The translations under genes were made by a program, and so were the position numbers. A stretch of 64,000 nt of DNA from an archaeon GW2011_AR19 (GTDB taxonomy: Archaea; Nanobdellota; Nanobdellia; Pacearchaeales; GW2011-AR1), in NCBI GenBank assembly GCA_000806015.1, contig JWKY01000001.1:43569-107568 (forward strand), in the 5' to 3' direction. The notes beneath the pieces were generated by a model. That model was not told the origin of the DNA and ran no database searches. It saw nothing but the letters and a program-made list of their open reading frames with translations. Shown piece after piece: positions 1 through 9,532 of the stretch; the stretch's first letter is position 1; each line of letters starts with the position of its first letter.

Positions 1-190
1 AAGACATCCCAATTGCTAAACCAACCATTAAATTTTCTGCTACAGGAGTTTCAATGCATTTTTCTTTAGGAACATCTTTTAAAGTGCCATAAGCTCTTGA
101 ACCACGATTTACGTTATATCCTAAAAATCTTACTTTGTCCAATTTTGCAAGTTCTTCCATAGATTTTTTTATTGCATCTTTGTATTTCAT
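1..190 (-). CDS. TPP-dependent E1-beta / transketolase pyrimidine-binding subunit, N-terminal part (runs off the window edge)
   Basis: Manual translation from ATG at 190: MKYKDAIKKSMEELAKLDKVRFLGYNVNRGSRAYGTLKDVPKEKCIETPVAENLMVGLAIGMS. The ETPVAE..MVG.A.G motif is typical of E1-beta, and the gene follows the E1-alpha gene. Confidence 0.8.
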   Translation of the reverse strand, partial: MKYKDAIKKSMEELAKLDKVRFLGYNVNRGSRAYGTLKDVPKEKCIETPVAENLMVGLAIGMS

Positions 191-214
191 TGTGTTAATT
201 ATTTATTTCTCATC

Positions 215-838
215 TTAAAATGAATTTTTAATTTTAGTTCCTGAAAAATTTACAAATTTTTCTGTTCCAACATGCAAAGAAGTTGATTTATATGAATATC
301 TATACACGCATTTTGGCCATTTCATTTCTGATTTCCCATATCTTTCTGATTTTGGGGTTTCAACAGATCTATTATTGTCTTCAACTATAAACGTGCAAGG
401 CAAATCCCATCCATCAACATATCTCACTGCTTCGTAAAAATGTCCTTCGTCTTCTACACCATCACCTCCAAAGCACCAAACTTTTCTTTTACTGCATTGA
501 TGTTTTAATGCATATGCAACTCCTGCAGCAATGCAAGGAACTCCAGCAACAATAGCTGAAGTTAAAAAATTAATTTCTTTGTCAAAAACATACATGCTAT
601 CTCCTCTTAAAATCATTTTTTCAAGTTTTTCAGGAGAGCCGCCCTTAAGCAAATAATGATAATGAGAACGATGAGTTGAAAAAACATAATCTTCAGGATT
701 AATTTTTTTAAAAATTTCAATTAAATGCTCTTCATTTCCACCAGAAAAATGTACGGGGTAGGGAATTTTTGCGGCTTCCCATAATATTTTTATTTTATTT
801 TCAAAATCAATTAATTTTTCCTTTGTTATTTTTTCCAT
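215..838 (-). CDS. TPP-dependent dehydrogenase E1-alpha-like subunit (short)
   Basis: HFSGGNEE, STHRSH and the TPP-binding motif GDG(x)n..DNN (GGDGVEDEGHFYEA...VEDNN). Confidence 0.85.
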   Translation of the reverse strand: MEKITKEKLIDFENKIKILWEAAKIPYPVHFSGGNEEHLIEIFKKINPEDYVFSTHRSHYHYLLKGGSPEKLEKMILRGDSMYVFDKEINFLTSAIVAGVPCIAAGVAYALKHQCSKRKVWCFGGDGVEDEGHFYEAVRYVDGWDLPCTFIVEDNNRSVETPKSERYGKSEMKWPKCVYRYSYKSTSLHVGTEKFVNFSGTKIKNSF

Positions 839-1024
839 CTTATCTCTTTTTAAGTGTAAGTTTTTAAAGATTTAGATTTTATAATCTTTATATTTTCGGA
901 TGTATTTGTTAGAAATTAAAATAATTTTTTCAAATTATTTTTACAAAATTTTAGTATATTCCGAAATATATTTTAAATTATCACAATAATCCTTTTAAAT
1001 CTCCTAATTTTTGCCTTTGATACA

Positions 1025-2122
1025 ATGAAAGTAAAATTTTCATATCTAGAAGAACAATTCAAAAATCCAGAACCAATTTTTAAAGATATAAAAAAATTAG
1101 TGAAGAGCAGTGATTTTACTCTTGGAAAAGAAGTTTTTGAGTTTGAAAAACAATTTGCTAAACTTTGTCAAACTAAATATGCAATAGGAGTAGGCACAGG
1201 AACAGACGCAATTAGGTTAAGCCTTCTTGCTTTAAATGTTGGAGCAAGAGACGAGGTTATAACTGTTCCAAATACTTTTTATTCTACTGCTGAAGCAATT
1301 GCAACTACGGGAGCAAAGCCAGTTTTTGTTGACGCTGGCGACGACTATAATATAAATCCTAACTTAATTGAAAAGGCAATAACAAAAAAAACAAAAGTAA
1401 TTCTTCCTGTTCATCTTTATGGTTGTCCAGCTAAGATGCCCGAAATTATAAAAATTGCTAATAAACATAATCTTTTAGTTATTGAAGATGCTTGTCAGGC
1501 AATAAATTCTGCAATAAATAAAAAGAAAGTCGGCTCTTTTGGAATTACTGGATGTTTTAGTCTTCATCCGTTAAAGGGAATTAATGTCTGGGGTGATGGC
1601 GGAATTATTACAACAAATTCTCAAATTGTTAGAGACGAACTATATATGCTTAGAAATAATGGTCTTAAAAATAGGAATGAATGCGCAAGATATTCTTATA
1701 ACTGCAGACTTGATACACTGCAAGCAATTGTTGCTCTTCATGTAATAAAAGATATTGATTGGATAACTAATAAAAGAATTGAAAATGCAAAATTTTATGA
1801 CAAAGAACTTTCAAAATTTTCTCAAATAACAATTCCAGAAAGAGCGAAAGATGTAAAACAAGTTTATCATACTTATGTTGTAAAAGCAAAAAACAGAGAC
1901 GAACTTTATAATTTTTTATTAAAAAATAAAATTGAAGCAAAAATTCATTACCCTATTCCACTGCATTTGCAGGAAGCAAGCAAATACCTTAATTACAAAA
2001 GAGGAGATTTTCCAAAAACAGAAGAACAGGTAAAATCAATAATAACGCTTCCAGCCCATCAGCATTTAAAAAAAGGGCAGTTAGAATATGTTGTTAAAAA
2101 GATAAAGGAATTCTACAAATGA
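1025..2122 (+). CDS. DegT/DnrJ/EryC1/StrS PLP-dependent sugar aminotransferase
   Basis: GTDA, PVHLYG, IEDACQA and FSLHPLKG with the catalytic Lys; IHYPIPLH. Confidence 0.93.
   Translation: MKVKFSYLEEQFKNPEPIFKDIKKLVKSSDFTLGKEVFEFEKQFAKLCQTKYAIGVGTGTDAIRLSLLALNVGARDEVITVPNTFYSTAEAIATTGAKPVFVDAGDDYNINPNLIEKAITKKTKVILPVHLYGCPAKMPEIIKIANKHNLLVIEDACQAINSAINKKKVGSFGITGCFSLHPLKGINVWGDGGIITTNSQIVRDELYMLRNNGLKNRNECARYSYNCRLDTLQAIVALHVIKDIDWITNKRIENAKFYDKELSKFSQITIPERAKDVKQVYHTYVVKAKNRDELYNFLLKNKIEAKIHYPIPLHLQEASKYLNYKRGDFPKTEEQVKSIITLPAHQHLKKGQLEYVVKKIKEFYK
1316..1397 (+). repeat. 82-bp segment identical between the two tandem DegT paralogs (second copy 2422-2503)
   Basis: aagccagtttttgttgacgctggcgacgactataatataaatcctaacttaattgaaaaggcaataacaaaaaaaacaaaag occurs at both positions. 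Confidence 0.9.
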
Positions 2123-3222
2123 ACGAAATTTTAGTTAAATACATAAATTTTCCCCTTCAATATAAAAAAATAAAAACAGAATTGTTTAGGACTATTGAAA
2201 ATGTTTTTGAATCTGGAAATTTTATTCTTGGTTCAGAAGTAGAAAAATTTGAAAAAAATTTCGCAAAATACTGCGAAACTAAATATGCTCTCGGAGTTGG
2301 GAATGGAACAAGCGCTCTATTTTTGGCAATGAAAGCGCTCGGAATTGGAAATGGGGATGAAATCATAACAGCTTCTAATTCTTTTCTTGCAACTACCGGC
2401 GCAATAGCGGCGACAGGGGCGAAGCCAGTTTTTGTTGACGCTGGCGACGACTATAATATAAATCCTAACTTAATTGAAAAGGCAATAACAAAAAAAACAA
2501 AAGCAATAATGCCTGTTCATCTTACTGGAAGACCTGCAAGTTTAGATAAAATTTTAGAAATTGCAGATAAAAATAAAATTTATTTGATTGAAGATGCGGC
2601 TCAAGCTATTGGCGCAAAATATAATGGAAAAAAAGTTGGCTCTTTTGGAATTGCAGGTTGCTTTAGCTTGCATCCGCTTAAAAATTTGAATGCTTATGGA
2701 GATGGTGGAGTAATAACTGTTAAAGATAAACAACTTTATGAAAATCTAAAAAAAATGCGCAATCATGGTCTCAAAAATAGGGACGAATGTGATTTTTTTG
2801 CTTTCAATTCAAGACTGGATGAGTTGCAGGCATCAATACTAAATGTGAAAATGAAATATTTAGACAAATGGACAAAAAAGAAGCGTGAAATAGCATCTTT
2901 TTATCAAAAAAAACTTTCTAATATTGTAAAAGTTCCTCTCGATAAATCAAATGAATACGCAGTCTATCACACATTTATAATTCAGGTAAATAAAAGAGAT
3001 AAATTACAAAAGTTTTTGCTGCAAAAAGGAATTGAAACAAAAATTCATTATCCTATTCCAATTCATTTACAGAGAGCTGCTCAATATCTTGGTTATAAAA
3101 AAGGAGATTTTCCAAAAGCAGAAAAGCAAGCTGAAAAAATATTAAGTTTGCCAATATATCCGGAACTTAAAGAAGAGCAATTAGAACTTGTTGTAAAAGA
3201 GATAAGAAATTTTTATTCTTAA
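2119..3222 (+). CDS. DegT/DnrJ/EryC1/StrS PLP-dependent sugar aminotransferase
   Basis: NGTSAL, PVHLTG, IEDAAQA, FSLHPLKNL, NSRLDELQA; ATGA overlap with the previous gene. Confidence 0.93.
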   Translation: MNEILVKYINFPLQYKKIKTELFRTIENVFESGNFILGSEVEKFEKNFAKYCETKYALGVGNGTSALFLAMKALGIGNGDEIITASNSFLATTGAIAATGAKPVFVDAGDDYNINPNLIEKAITKKTKAIMPVHLTGRPASLDKILEIADKNKIYLIEDAAQAIGAKYNGKKVGSFGIAGCFSLHPLKNLNAYGDGGVITVKDKQLYENLKKMRNHGLKNRDECDFFAFNSRLDELQASILNVKMKYLDKWTKKKREIASFYQKKLSNIVKVPLDKSNEYAVYHTFIIQVNKRDKLQKFLLQKGIETKIHYPIPIHLQRAAQYLGYKKGDFPKAEKQAEKILSLPIYPELKEEQLELVVKEIRNFYS

Positions 3223-4487
3223 ATAAAATTAACATGCATCGGAATCTTTTCTCCAGAAACATCTGGAAGAGGGATATTTTTTTCTGCAAGATCAAACAAA
3301 ACTTCATTTACTTTATCCTGTAAACACAATGTTCCGCATCTTTTTCTAGGATCAAATTTGTCTGAGCCTAAATAGCCCATAACTTTCCAGTATCTATCAC
3401 TTGCCCAAATGTCTTTAAATCTTTGTTGAGCAAAATTACCAATATGGAAATTTTTATAATCTGTGTGAAAAAACATTCCGCATGGCGCCACAAGGCAGGT
3501 GCCTGATGTTTGCAATAAAACTGGAGGTCCAAAACATTTTGAATATTTTCTATCTCTGCCTGTTCTGATTTTTGACCATTTTGCCTGCACTGAATAATCT
3601 TTTGTTGAAAGCGCTTCTGCTATTTTTAAAAGCCCTAAAGCTTCTGGAGTTTTGTACCAGTTATAATCAACTCCAAGTCTGCCGTTTTCATCGTCGCTGC
3701 AGTGTTTTATAATAGTATAGTCAATTTCAGTATCTCTTCCAAGAAGAGCTAAAGGAATAATTTGGTCTGCGCATTCTGGGAGCAAAACCATTTGCGCTCC
3801 TATTGTTACATCAAAATTATTTTCTTTTTTTATTTTGACGCATTCTTTCATTGTATCTATTACTTTATGGAAATTTTTTTCATTAGTTCCCATAATTTTT
3901 GCATATGCTTCAGGTTCTCCCGCAGAAATATTAAAGCGAAGATATGTTAATTCAGAGAGCAACTCTTCAAGTTTTTCACGCTTTAATGCCTGCCCATTAG
4001 TTCCAGATGCCATGTCAAAACCATTTTGTTTTCCTTTTTTAACAAAATCATAAAAATAAGGATTTAAAGTGCTTTCGCCGTCGCTGACAAGACTTATTGC
4101 TTTTACTCCTTCTCCAGGTTTGTGTCCTATTTTAACGCAATCATCAAGAAAATTAGAATAAACCTCCCAGGTCGTTGGTGAATCTGGATTGAACTGCAAA
4201 CCAGCATAACAATAAGTGCAGGCATACTGGCATTTCTGAGTAAGCGCCATATCAATGGTAATAGGCGCGATTTTTTCTCCTCTAAACCAGGCATCTACTC
4301 TTTCTTTATGAAAAGCTATTTTTGTTGTATCAAGATGAAATTTTTCTCTCGGATCTATCTCAAAATTTAGCAGAGGTTTTATGCGTTGAATATCGCTTTT
4401 TATTTTTTCCCAGTTTGTACTATGATTAGAACCATTATTGCTTATTTTGTTTTTTCCTTCAAGCAATTGAGATATTATTTCTTCCAT
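3219..4487 (-). CDS. Radical SAM protein with C-terminal SPASM/twitch domain
   Basis: CQYACTYC motif, DGESTL (GGEP variant), C-terminal C..P....G.V..C and CGTLC cysteines. Confidence 0.9.
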   Translation of the reverse strand: MEEIISQLLEGKNKISNNGSNHSTNWEKIKSDIQRIKPLLNFEIDPREKFHLDTTKIAFHKERVDAWFRGEKIAPITIDMALTQKCQYACTYCYAGLQFNPDSPTTWEVYSNFLDDCVKIGHKPGEGVKAISLVSDGESTLNPYFYDFVKKGKQNGFDMASGTNGQALKREKLEELLSELTYLRFNISAGEPEAYAKIMGTNEKNFHKVIDTMKECVKIKKENNFDVTIGAQMVLLPECADQIIPLALLGRDTEIDYTIIKHCSDDENGRLGVDYNWYKTPEALGLLKIAEALSTKDYSVQAKWSKIRTGRDRKYSKCFGPPVLLQTSGTCLVAPCGMFFHTDYKNFHIGNFAQQRFKDIWASDRYWKVMGYLGSDKFDPRKRCGTLCLQDKVNEVLFDLAEKNIPLPDVSGEKIPMHVNFI

Positions 4488-4551
4488 TTTATAATTAAAG
4501 TGTATAATCAGAAATAATAAACTATAAAAACTTATTGGTTATCAAATTTTT

Positions 4552-4893
4552 ATGAGACAAATTCCAAACATTTTAGAAAATACTGGCATAAGCAGAGATT
4601 ACATTTTGGCATTTGGCAGTATAGATAATTATATCAGAAGAATAGAAAAAAAAGAAGGACTAAGATGGATAAGGTTGGCTGAAAATGCATATTTTAATCG
4701 ACCAATTCTTAAATATGAAGAATATTTTAATCATTCAGAATATGAACAAGTTATTACAGATAAAAATCATGAAAAAATAAAAAATCTTGATGAACTTGTG
4801 GAAGAAATAAACAAAATGAGGGAAAATAAACAAAAAGATTATGAAAAACTTTCTGTATTATGGAAAAAAGCAAAAAAAATTATTTTTAGCTAA
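4552..4893 (+). CDS. hypothetical protein
   Basis: 113-aa ORF with a TATA-like tataaaaa about 22 nt upstream; no recognised motif. Confidence 0.6.
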   Translation: MRQIPNILENTGISRDYILAFGSIDNYIRRIEKKEGLRWIRLAENAYFNRPILKYEEYFNHSEYEQVITDKNHEKIKNLDELVEEINKMRENKQKDYEKLSVLWKKAKKIIFS

Positions 4894-4954
4894 GCGCAAA
4901 AAATTTTAGAGGATAGAATTTGATTATTTTTTTTATTTAAATGTATGAAAATTT

Positions 4955-5953
4955 TTATTTTAAATTCACTTGCTGCATAAGTTTAATATTATGATATAAT
5001 GGATTAGACAAACCTTCTTTTATCAAGCTATTATTATATACCTCAACAAGACTTTGCACAGCATTTTCTAATGTATATTTTGGTTCAAAATTCAAAATGC
5101 GTTTCATTTTATCAGAATTAATATGATAAGACCTTGTATCTGTTGTAGGAAGATATTCAAATTCAACTGAATCATCATTAATAACCTTTTTTACTATTTT
5201 AGCGATGTCTTCCACAGTTCTGTTTTGGTATCCGATATTAAAGATTTCTCTGTTAATTTTTTTTCCTGGCGCTTCCAAAAGAATTTCATACGCCTGCGCC
5301 ATATCTTTTATATTTATGTTTGGTCTAAGCTGTTTTCCTCCAAAAATTTTTATTTTCTTATTTATCAGAGCATTCATAGTTAGTATATTCACAGTTAAAT
5401 CTATTCTCAAGCGCGGAGCATAACCGCATACTGTTGCAGGTCTTGCTATAATATATTCTAAGCCATTGAGATTTGAGTTTGATAAAACTTTTTCACATTC
5501 AAGTTTGTATTTTGAATAATCTGTTAAAGGTTCAGGAAAAGTTTCTTCTGTAACATTTTTTTCTTTTTTAACTCCATAAACACTGGAAGAGCTGGCATAA
5601 ATAATTCTTTTAACATTATTTTTTTTTGCAGCTTCTAAAATATTGAAAAAAGCATCATAGTTTATAGATTTTCCAAGCGCAGGATTAAGTTCATAGCTTG
5701 GATCATTTGAAATGCATGCTAAATGTATAATTGCGTCGGCATTTTTCGCAGATTCTATTAATTTTTTTTTGTTCCTGATATCTCCTTTTATTTGATTTAA
5801 ATTTGGATTGCTTTTTAAATTAGAAAAAATATCTCCATACAAATATAAATCATAAACAGAAACATTATAATTTTTTTTCAATAGAGCTGGAACTAAGGCG
5901 CTGCCAACATAACCAGCCCCACCAGTAATAAAAATATTTTTGAATTGTGTCAT
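4955..5953 (-). CDS. NAD-dependent nucleotide-sugar epimerase/dehydratase (extended SDR)
   Basis: ITGGAGYVGS, SSSSVYG, YSKYK (YxxxK). Confidence 0.92.
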   Translation of the reverse strand: MTQFKNIFITGGAGYVGSALVPALLKKNYNVSVYDLYLYGDIFSNLKSNPNLNQIKGDIRNKKKLIESAKNADAIIHLACISNDPSYELNPALGKSINYDAFFNILEAAKKNNVKRIIYASSSSVYGVKKEKNVTEETFPEPLTDYSKYKLECEKVLSNSNLNGLEYIIARPATVCGYAPRLRIDLTVNILTMNALINKKIKIFGGKQLRPNINIKDMAQAYEILLEAPGKKINREIFNIGYQNRTVEDIAKIVKKVINDDSVEFEYLPTTDTRSYHINSDKMKRILNFEPKYTLENAVQSLVEVYNNSLIKEGLSNPLYHNIKLMQQVNLK

Positions 5954-5954
5954 T

Positions 5955-7481
5955 TTACCAGCTCATCAGAGATTTAATATATTTATAAAGCGCAATTTTT
6001 TCTATAGATTCTTTATTTCCTATTGTTTTTACTTTCAAAGCGCCAATAGCATTTCCAATAAAACCTACAATTTCCATAGGAACGTTTAAAGCTACGAGAG
6101 GGGAAGTTATAGAAAGAAAAGCATCTCCGGCGCCCATTGTATCAACAACATGGTTTGAAAAAGCAGGTATTTTTTTTATGCTGTTTGAAGAAAAAATTAT
6201 GCAGCCCTGAGAACCCCGAGTAACAAGAATTTTATCACAAGAAACTCTTTTTGCTGCAATTGGAAGAAGTTCCGAGATTTCATCTTTTTTATTTAGGCAC
6301 TCCAGACGCAATTCACGTTCATCAAGACAAATATAATCTGCTTTGGAATATTTGGAAATAACATTATAGCCCATATTTCCTGCGTTTACTTGAGTATTAA
6401 CTGCAAGAAATTTTGATTTTTTTGTAATTAAATCAATTAATTCATTATTTAACATTCCATGTCCAAAATCTGCAACAATAATTACATCATAATCCGGGAG
6501 TATTTCATCTAAATGAAGATATAATTCTTTTGCCTGATCGTAATCAAGGTGGTTATCATTAAATTCATAAAATTCTAAGAGTTTTCTAAAATCTGGAACT
6601 TCTTCAATAAATCTTCTTTTGACAATGGTTGGAGAATCTTTTTTATGATGAAAAAGTCTTTTTATTTTTTTATTTAAATTATCTTCAATAAAATTTTCTT
6701 GAATATCTCTCTCTCCCAGCAATGTAAAAAGAGCTACATTCTCGCAGAAATCCGCTAAATGATTTGCTATTGCGAGAGTGCCGCCGGCAAATTTTTCTGT
6801 ATTTAGATATTTTAGCGCAAGAATAGGTTCTTTGCCCGCTTTTCCTATAGATTTGCCATAGCAATATTCATCTATGATTGCTTCGCCAATAACTAATATT
6901 TTTAAATTTTTTATTTGCTCAAGATAGCCTATTACTTCTTTTTGGCTGTATTTTTTAGAAAGTTCAATAAGAAAATTTTCAGATTCTTTTGTAAAAATAT
7001 TCATGTAGCGATTGATAAGCGCTGAAGAGCTGAAAACTAAATCATCAGTAAATTTTAACTGCCCCCCAACTTCTTTTATCGCGTTTTCTTCTTCAATTAT
7101 GCCCCGAGAATAATCATTTTCAATATTTTTATATTCTATCCCTTTAACATAGAAATCTGGTTTGAGAAACTTCATAGTATTTACTGCAGTTGGCCATTTA
7201 TTTAGAGCAACATAATCAATGATATCAAGAGAAGCAAGCACTTCCATTCTGATATTTTGATGAAATATCGGGTTATGTGGTCCTTTTTTTACATATTCAT
7301 CAGGAGTTAAAGTAACAATAAGTATGTCTCCGTATTTTTTTGCTTGTTCAAAATGTCTAATATGGCCTATATGCAATAAATCAAAAACGCCATGGCAATA
7401 CACAATTTTTTTCCCTCCTGTTTTTAAATTTGAAATTATATTTTGTAACTCTTCCAAATTTACTAATTTGTTGTTTTTCAT
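5955..7481 (-). CDS. Bifunctional nucleotidyltransferase (N-terminal) + PfkB kinase (C-terminal), HldE/RfaE-like with reversed domain order
   Basis: GVFDLLHIGH (HxGH), KPDFYVKG.EY and FSSS..I; the C-terminal half has GE.IIDEY, K.RF, D(F)GHG and VDTMGAGD (PfkB). Confidence 0.85.
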   Translation of the reverse strand: MKNNKLVNLEELQNIISNLKTGGKKIVYCHGVFDLLHIGHIRHFEQAKKYGDILIVTLTPDEYVKKGPHNPIFHQNIRMEVLASLDIIDYVALNKWPTAVNTMKFLKPDFYVKGIEYKNIENDYSRGIIEEENAIKEVGGQLKFTDDLVFSSSALINRYMNIFTKESENFLIELSKKYSQKEVIGYLEQIKNLKILVIGEAIIDEYCYGKSIGKAGKEPILALKYLNTEKFAGGTLAIANHLADFCENVALFTLLGERDIQENFIEDNLNKKIKRLFHHKKDSPTIVKRRFIEEVPDFRKLLEFYEFNDNHLDYDQAKELYLHLDEILPDYDVIIVADFGHGMLNNELIDLITKKSKFLAVNTQVNAGNMGYNVISKYSKADYICLDERELRLECLNKKDEISELLPIAAKRVSCDKILVTRGSQGCIIFSSNSIKKIPAFSNHVVDTMGAGDAFLSITSPLVALNVPMEIVGFIGNAIGALKVKTIGNKESIEKIALYKYIKSLMSW

Positions 7482-7534
7482 TTGGCAAATTTTCTGTTTG
7501 ACGAATGCGTCAAAAATTTTTGTTCTATTTTCAT
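7478..7534 (-). other. 18-codon bridging mini-ORF (MKIEQKFLTHSSNRKFAK*) containing hairpin tttgacg-aatg-cgtcaaa
   Basis: Its ATG overlaps the TGA of 7531..8541 (ATGA) and its TGA overlaps the ATG of 5955..7481 (ATGA). Translation is not proven. Confidence 0.55.
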
Positions 7535-8541
7535 TTTTTGTCTAAATATTTAAACCAATCTTTTGTTGCTTTAGATATAGATTTTTCATTCCAAACAGGA
7601 GCGGTTTTCCAATAATTTATATTGTTGAGCATTATTTTAACTCCTTCTTCTAAACTAATCTTTGGCTGCCAGCCTATTTTTTTCTTTATTTGTGTTATAT
7701 CTGCTAAAGTTTTATCTGGCTCTCCAGGTCGTTTAGGGATATAAATCTTTTTTTCTCCGCCTAAAAGATTTGCTAATTTATTTATACTTTGATCTTCTCC
7801 AGAACCAATATTAAAAATCTCTCCTTTCAAATCTGATTTTGCTGACAGAACATAAGCTTTTACTACATCGCTGACAAATACAAAATCTCTTGTTTGATTT
7901 CCATCTCCGACTATTGTAAAAGGTTTTTCTGAGATTTTCTGGGCTAAAAAAACTCCAAATACTGCGCCATATGCTCCTGAAGTTCTGGATCTTGGACCAT
8001 AAACATTAAACATTCTTAAAGATAAAGAAGGCAAGCCATAAATTTTATTCCAATGCATTACATATTGTTCAGCTAAATATTTTGTAAGCGCATAAGGATA
8101 TTGCGGATTTGTCGACGCTGTTTCTGGAGTTGGATATTTATCTGGAATGCCATAACAAGATGAAGAAGCAGCATAAACAAAACGTTTTACATTATTTATG
8201 CGCGATGCCTCTAAAACCGAAATTGTTCCTTCTACATTTGAATGATGATAAGACAATGGATTTTTTATTGAAGGAACAATATCTGCAAGAGCAGCAAGAT
8301 GAAAGACATAATCTATTTTGTTAAAATATTTTTTGATATTCTTAAAATCAGCAACATCTGCATTTACAATTCTTAAATTTTTATTTTTTTTGTGTTGAAC
8401 AAGATTATCTATTCTGCCGGAAGAAAAATTATCGATAACTGTAACTTTGTAATCTTCTTTTAGCAAATAATCCACTAAATGGCTTCCTATGAATCCCGCG
8501 CCTCCCGTTACAATAGCATTTTCTAATTTTGATTTTTTCAT
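7531..8541 (-). CDS. NAD-dependent epimerase/dehydratase (extended SDR)
   Basis: VTGGAGFIGS, ASSSCYG, YALTK, FNVYGPR, QTRDFVFV. Confidence 0.93.
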   Translation of the reverse strand: MKKSKLENAIVTGGAGFIGSHLVDYLLKEDYKVTVIDNFSSGRIDNLVQHKKNKNLRIVNADVADFKNIKKYFNKIDYVFHLAALADIVPSIKNPLSYHHSNVEGTISVLEASRINNVKRFVYAASSSCYGIPDKYPTPETASTNPQYPYALTKYLAEQYVMHWNKIYGLPSLSLRMFNVYGPRSRTSGAYGAVFGVFLAQKISEKPFTIVGDGNQTRDFVFVSDVVKAYVLSAKSDLKGEIFNIGSGEDQSINKLANLLGGEKKIYIPKRPGEPDKTLADITQIKKKIGWQPKISLEEGVKIMLNNINYWKTAPVWNEKSISKATKDWFKYLDKK

Positions 8542-8603
8542 AATTTTATGATTTTGTTTCGCATTTAAATATTTGTTGATGAATAATTATCTTTAATATT
8601 AAA

Positions 8604-9170
8604 TTATTTTTTTTCAAGATATTCTATCACTTTATGGCAAATCTGCAGATGAATGTCTTCAACAATTCTGTATTCTTTTTTAGCAGTTTTGACTAAAATA
8701 TAATCATCTAATATATCTTTGGCTTTACCTCCATCAAAGCCGAGCAATCCAAAAGTGTATGCGCCGAGAGTCTTTGCAGTTTTTATTGCCTTTAAAATGT
8801 TTGGAGAATTTCCGCTTGCGCTAATAACTATTTCTAATCCCCCTTTAGATAAATAATTTATTGATTGTTGCGAAAATACTTCATCGTAGGAAAGATCATT
8901 TCCATAAGCTGTTATTGCAGCCACATCATTTAAACTCATTGCTCTGAATCTTTTTTCATTAATTGAGTTTAAATTTTTGACGGTGCTTTTGTTTAAGTCT
9001 AAACTAAAATGAGAAGCTGTTGTTGAGCTTCCTCCATTTCCCATAATTAAAATTGGTTTGCGTTTATCGCGAGCTTTTTGAAGCAATAAAACCAGTTTTT
9101 CTATTTTGGCGTTATCAACAGTTTTTTTCGCATATTCAAATTTTGAATCATACTCTTTTAAGCAGTCCAT
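8604..9170 (-). CDS. gmhA: Sedoheptulose-7-phosphate isomerase (SIS domain)
   Basis: GNGGS, TAYGND..Y..VF.QQ, ISASGNSPN, GFDGGK, VEDIHL..CH. Confidence 0.88.
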   Translation of the reverse strand: MDCLKEYDSKFEYAKKTVDNAKIEKLVLLLQKARDKRKPILIMGNGGSSTTASHFSLDLNKSTVKNLNSINEKRFRAMSLNDVAAITAYGNDLSYDEVFSQQSINYLSKGGLEIVISASGNSPNILKAIKTAKTLGAYTFGLLGFDGGKAKDILDDYILVKTAKKEYRIVEDIHLQICHKVIEYLEKK

Positions 9171-9218
9171 TAGAATTTTAAGATATTAGCTTTTTAAAGG
9201 TTATATTTTCTTGAATTA

Positions 9219-9401
9219 TTATGTTTTTATATACTCTTTTTCAAGATTATTAATATATTCTCCTAATTTTTTTAATTTTTCACTAGGATAAAGGTAAGGT
9301 ATTTCAAAATCCGGAACGGGATTTCTTATATATTCTGCCAAAACATCTGTTTTATATATTCCTTGATTTAATAATTGGAGATAATATTCTGAATCTGGGG
9401 T
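9219..9401 (-). pseudogene. Start-less 3' remnant of a B12-radical SAM paralog
   Basis: Translates to TPDSEYYLQLLNQGIYKTDVLAEYIRNPVPDFEIPYLYPSEKLKKLGEYINNLEKEYIKT*, which aligns to the C-terminus of 18100..19401 (TPHTEYYRDLVTQGIFKKDYWAEYFENPVPDFEIP...IEKEY). Confidence 0.85.
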
Positions 9402-9532
9402 AGAAAATTTTAGCGGATTTTTGATTAAACTATCTTAATTTCATTTTCAAATTAATTTTAAGCAGGTTTTAATATATATTTTAGATTATCACGAGAATAT
9501 TTTTAAATCCTTTAATTTTTGTTGTTGATGCA

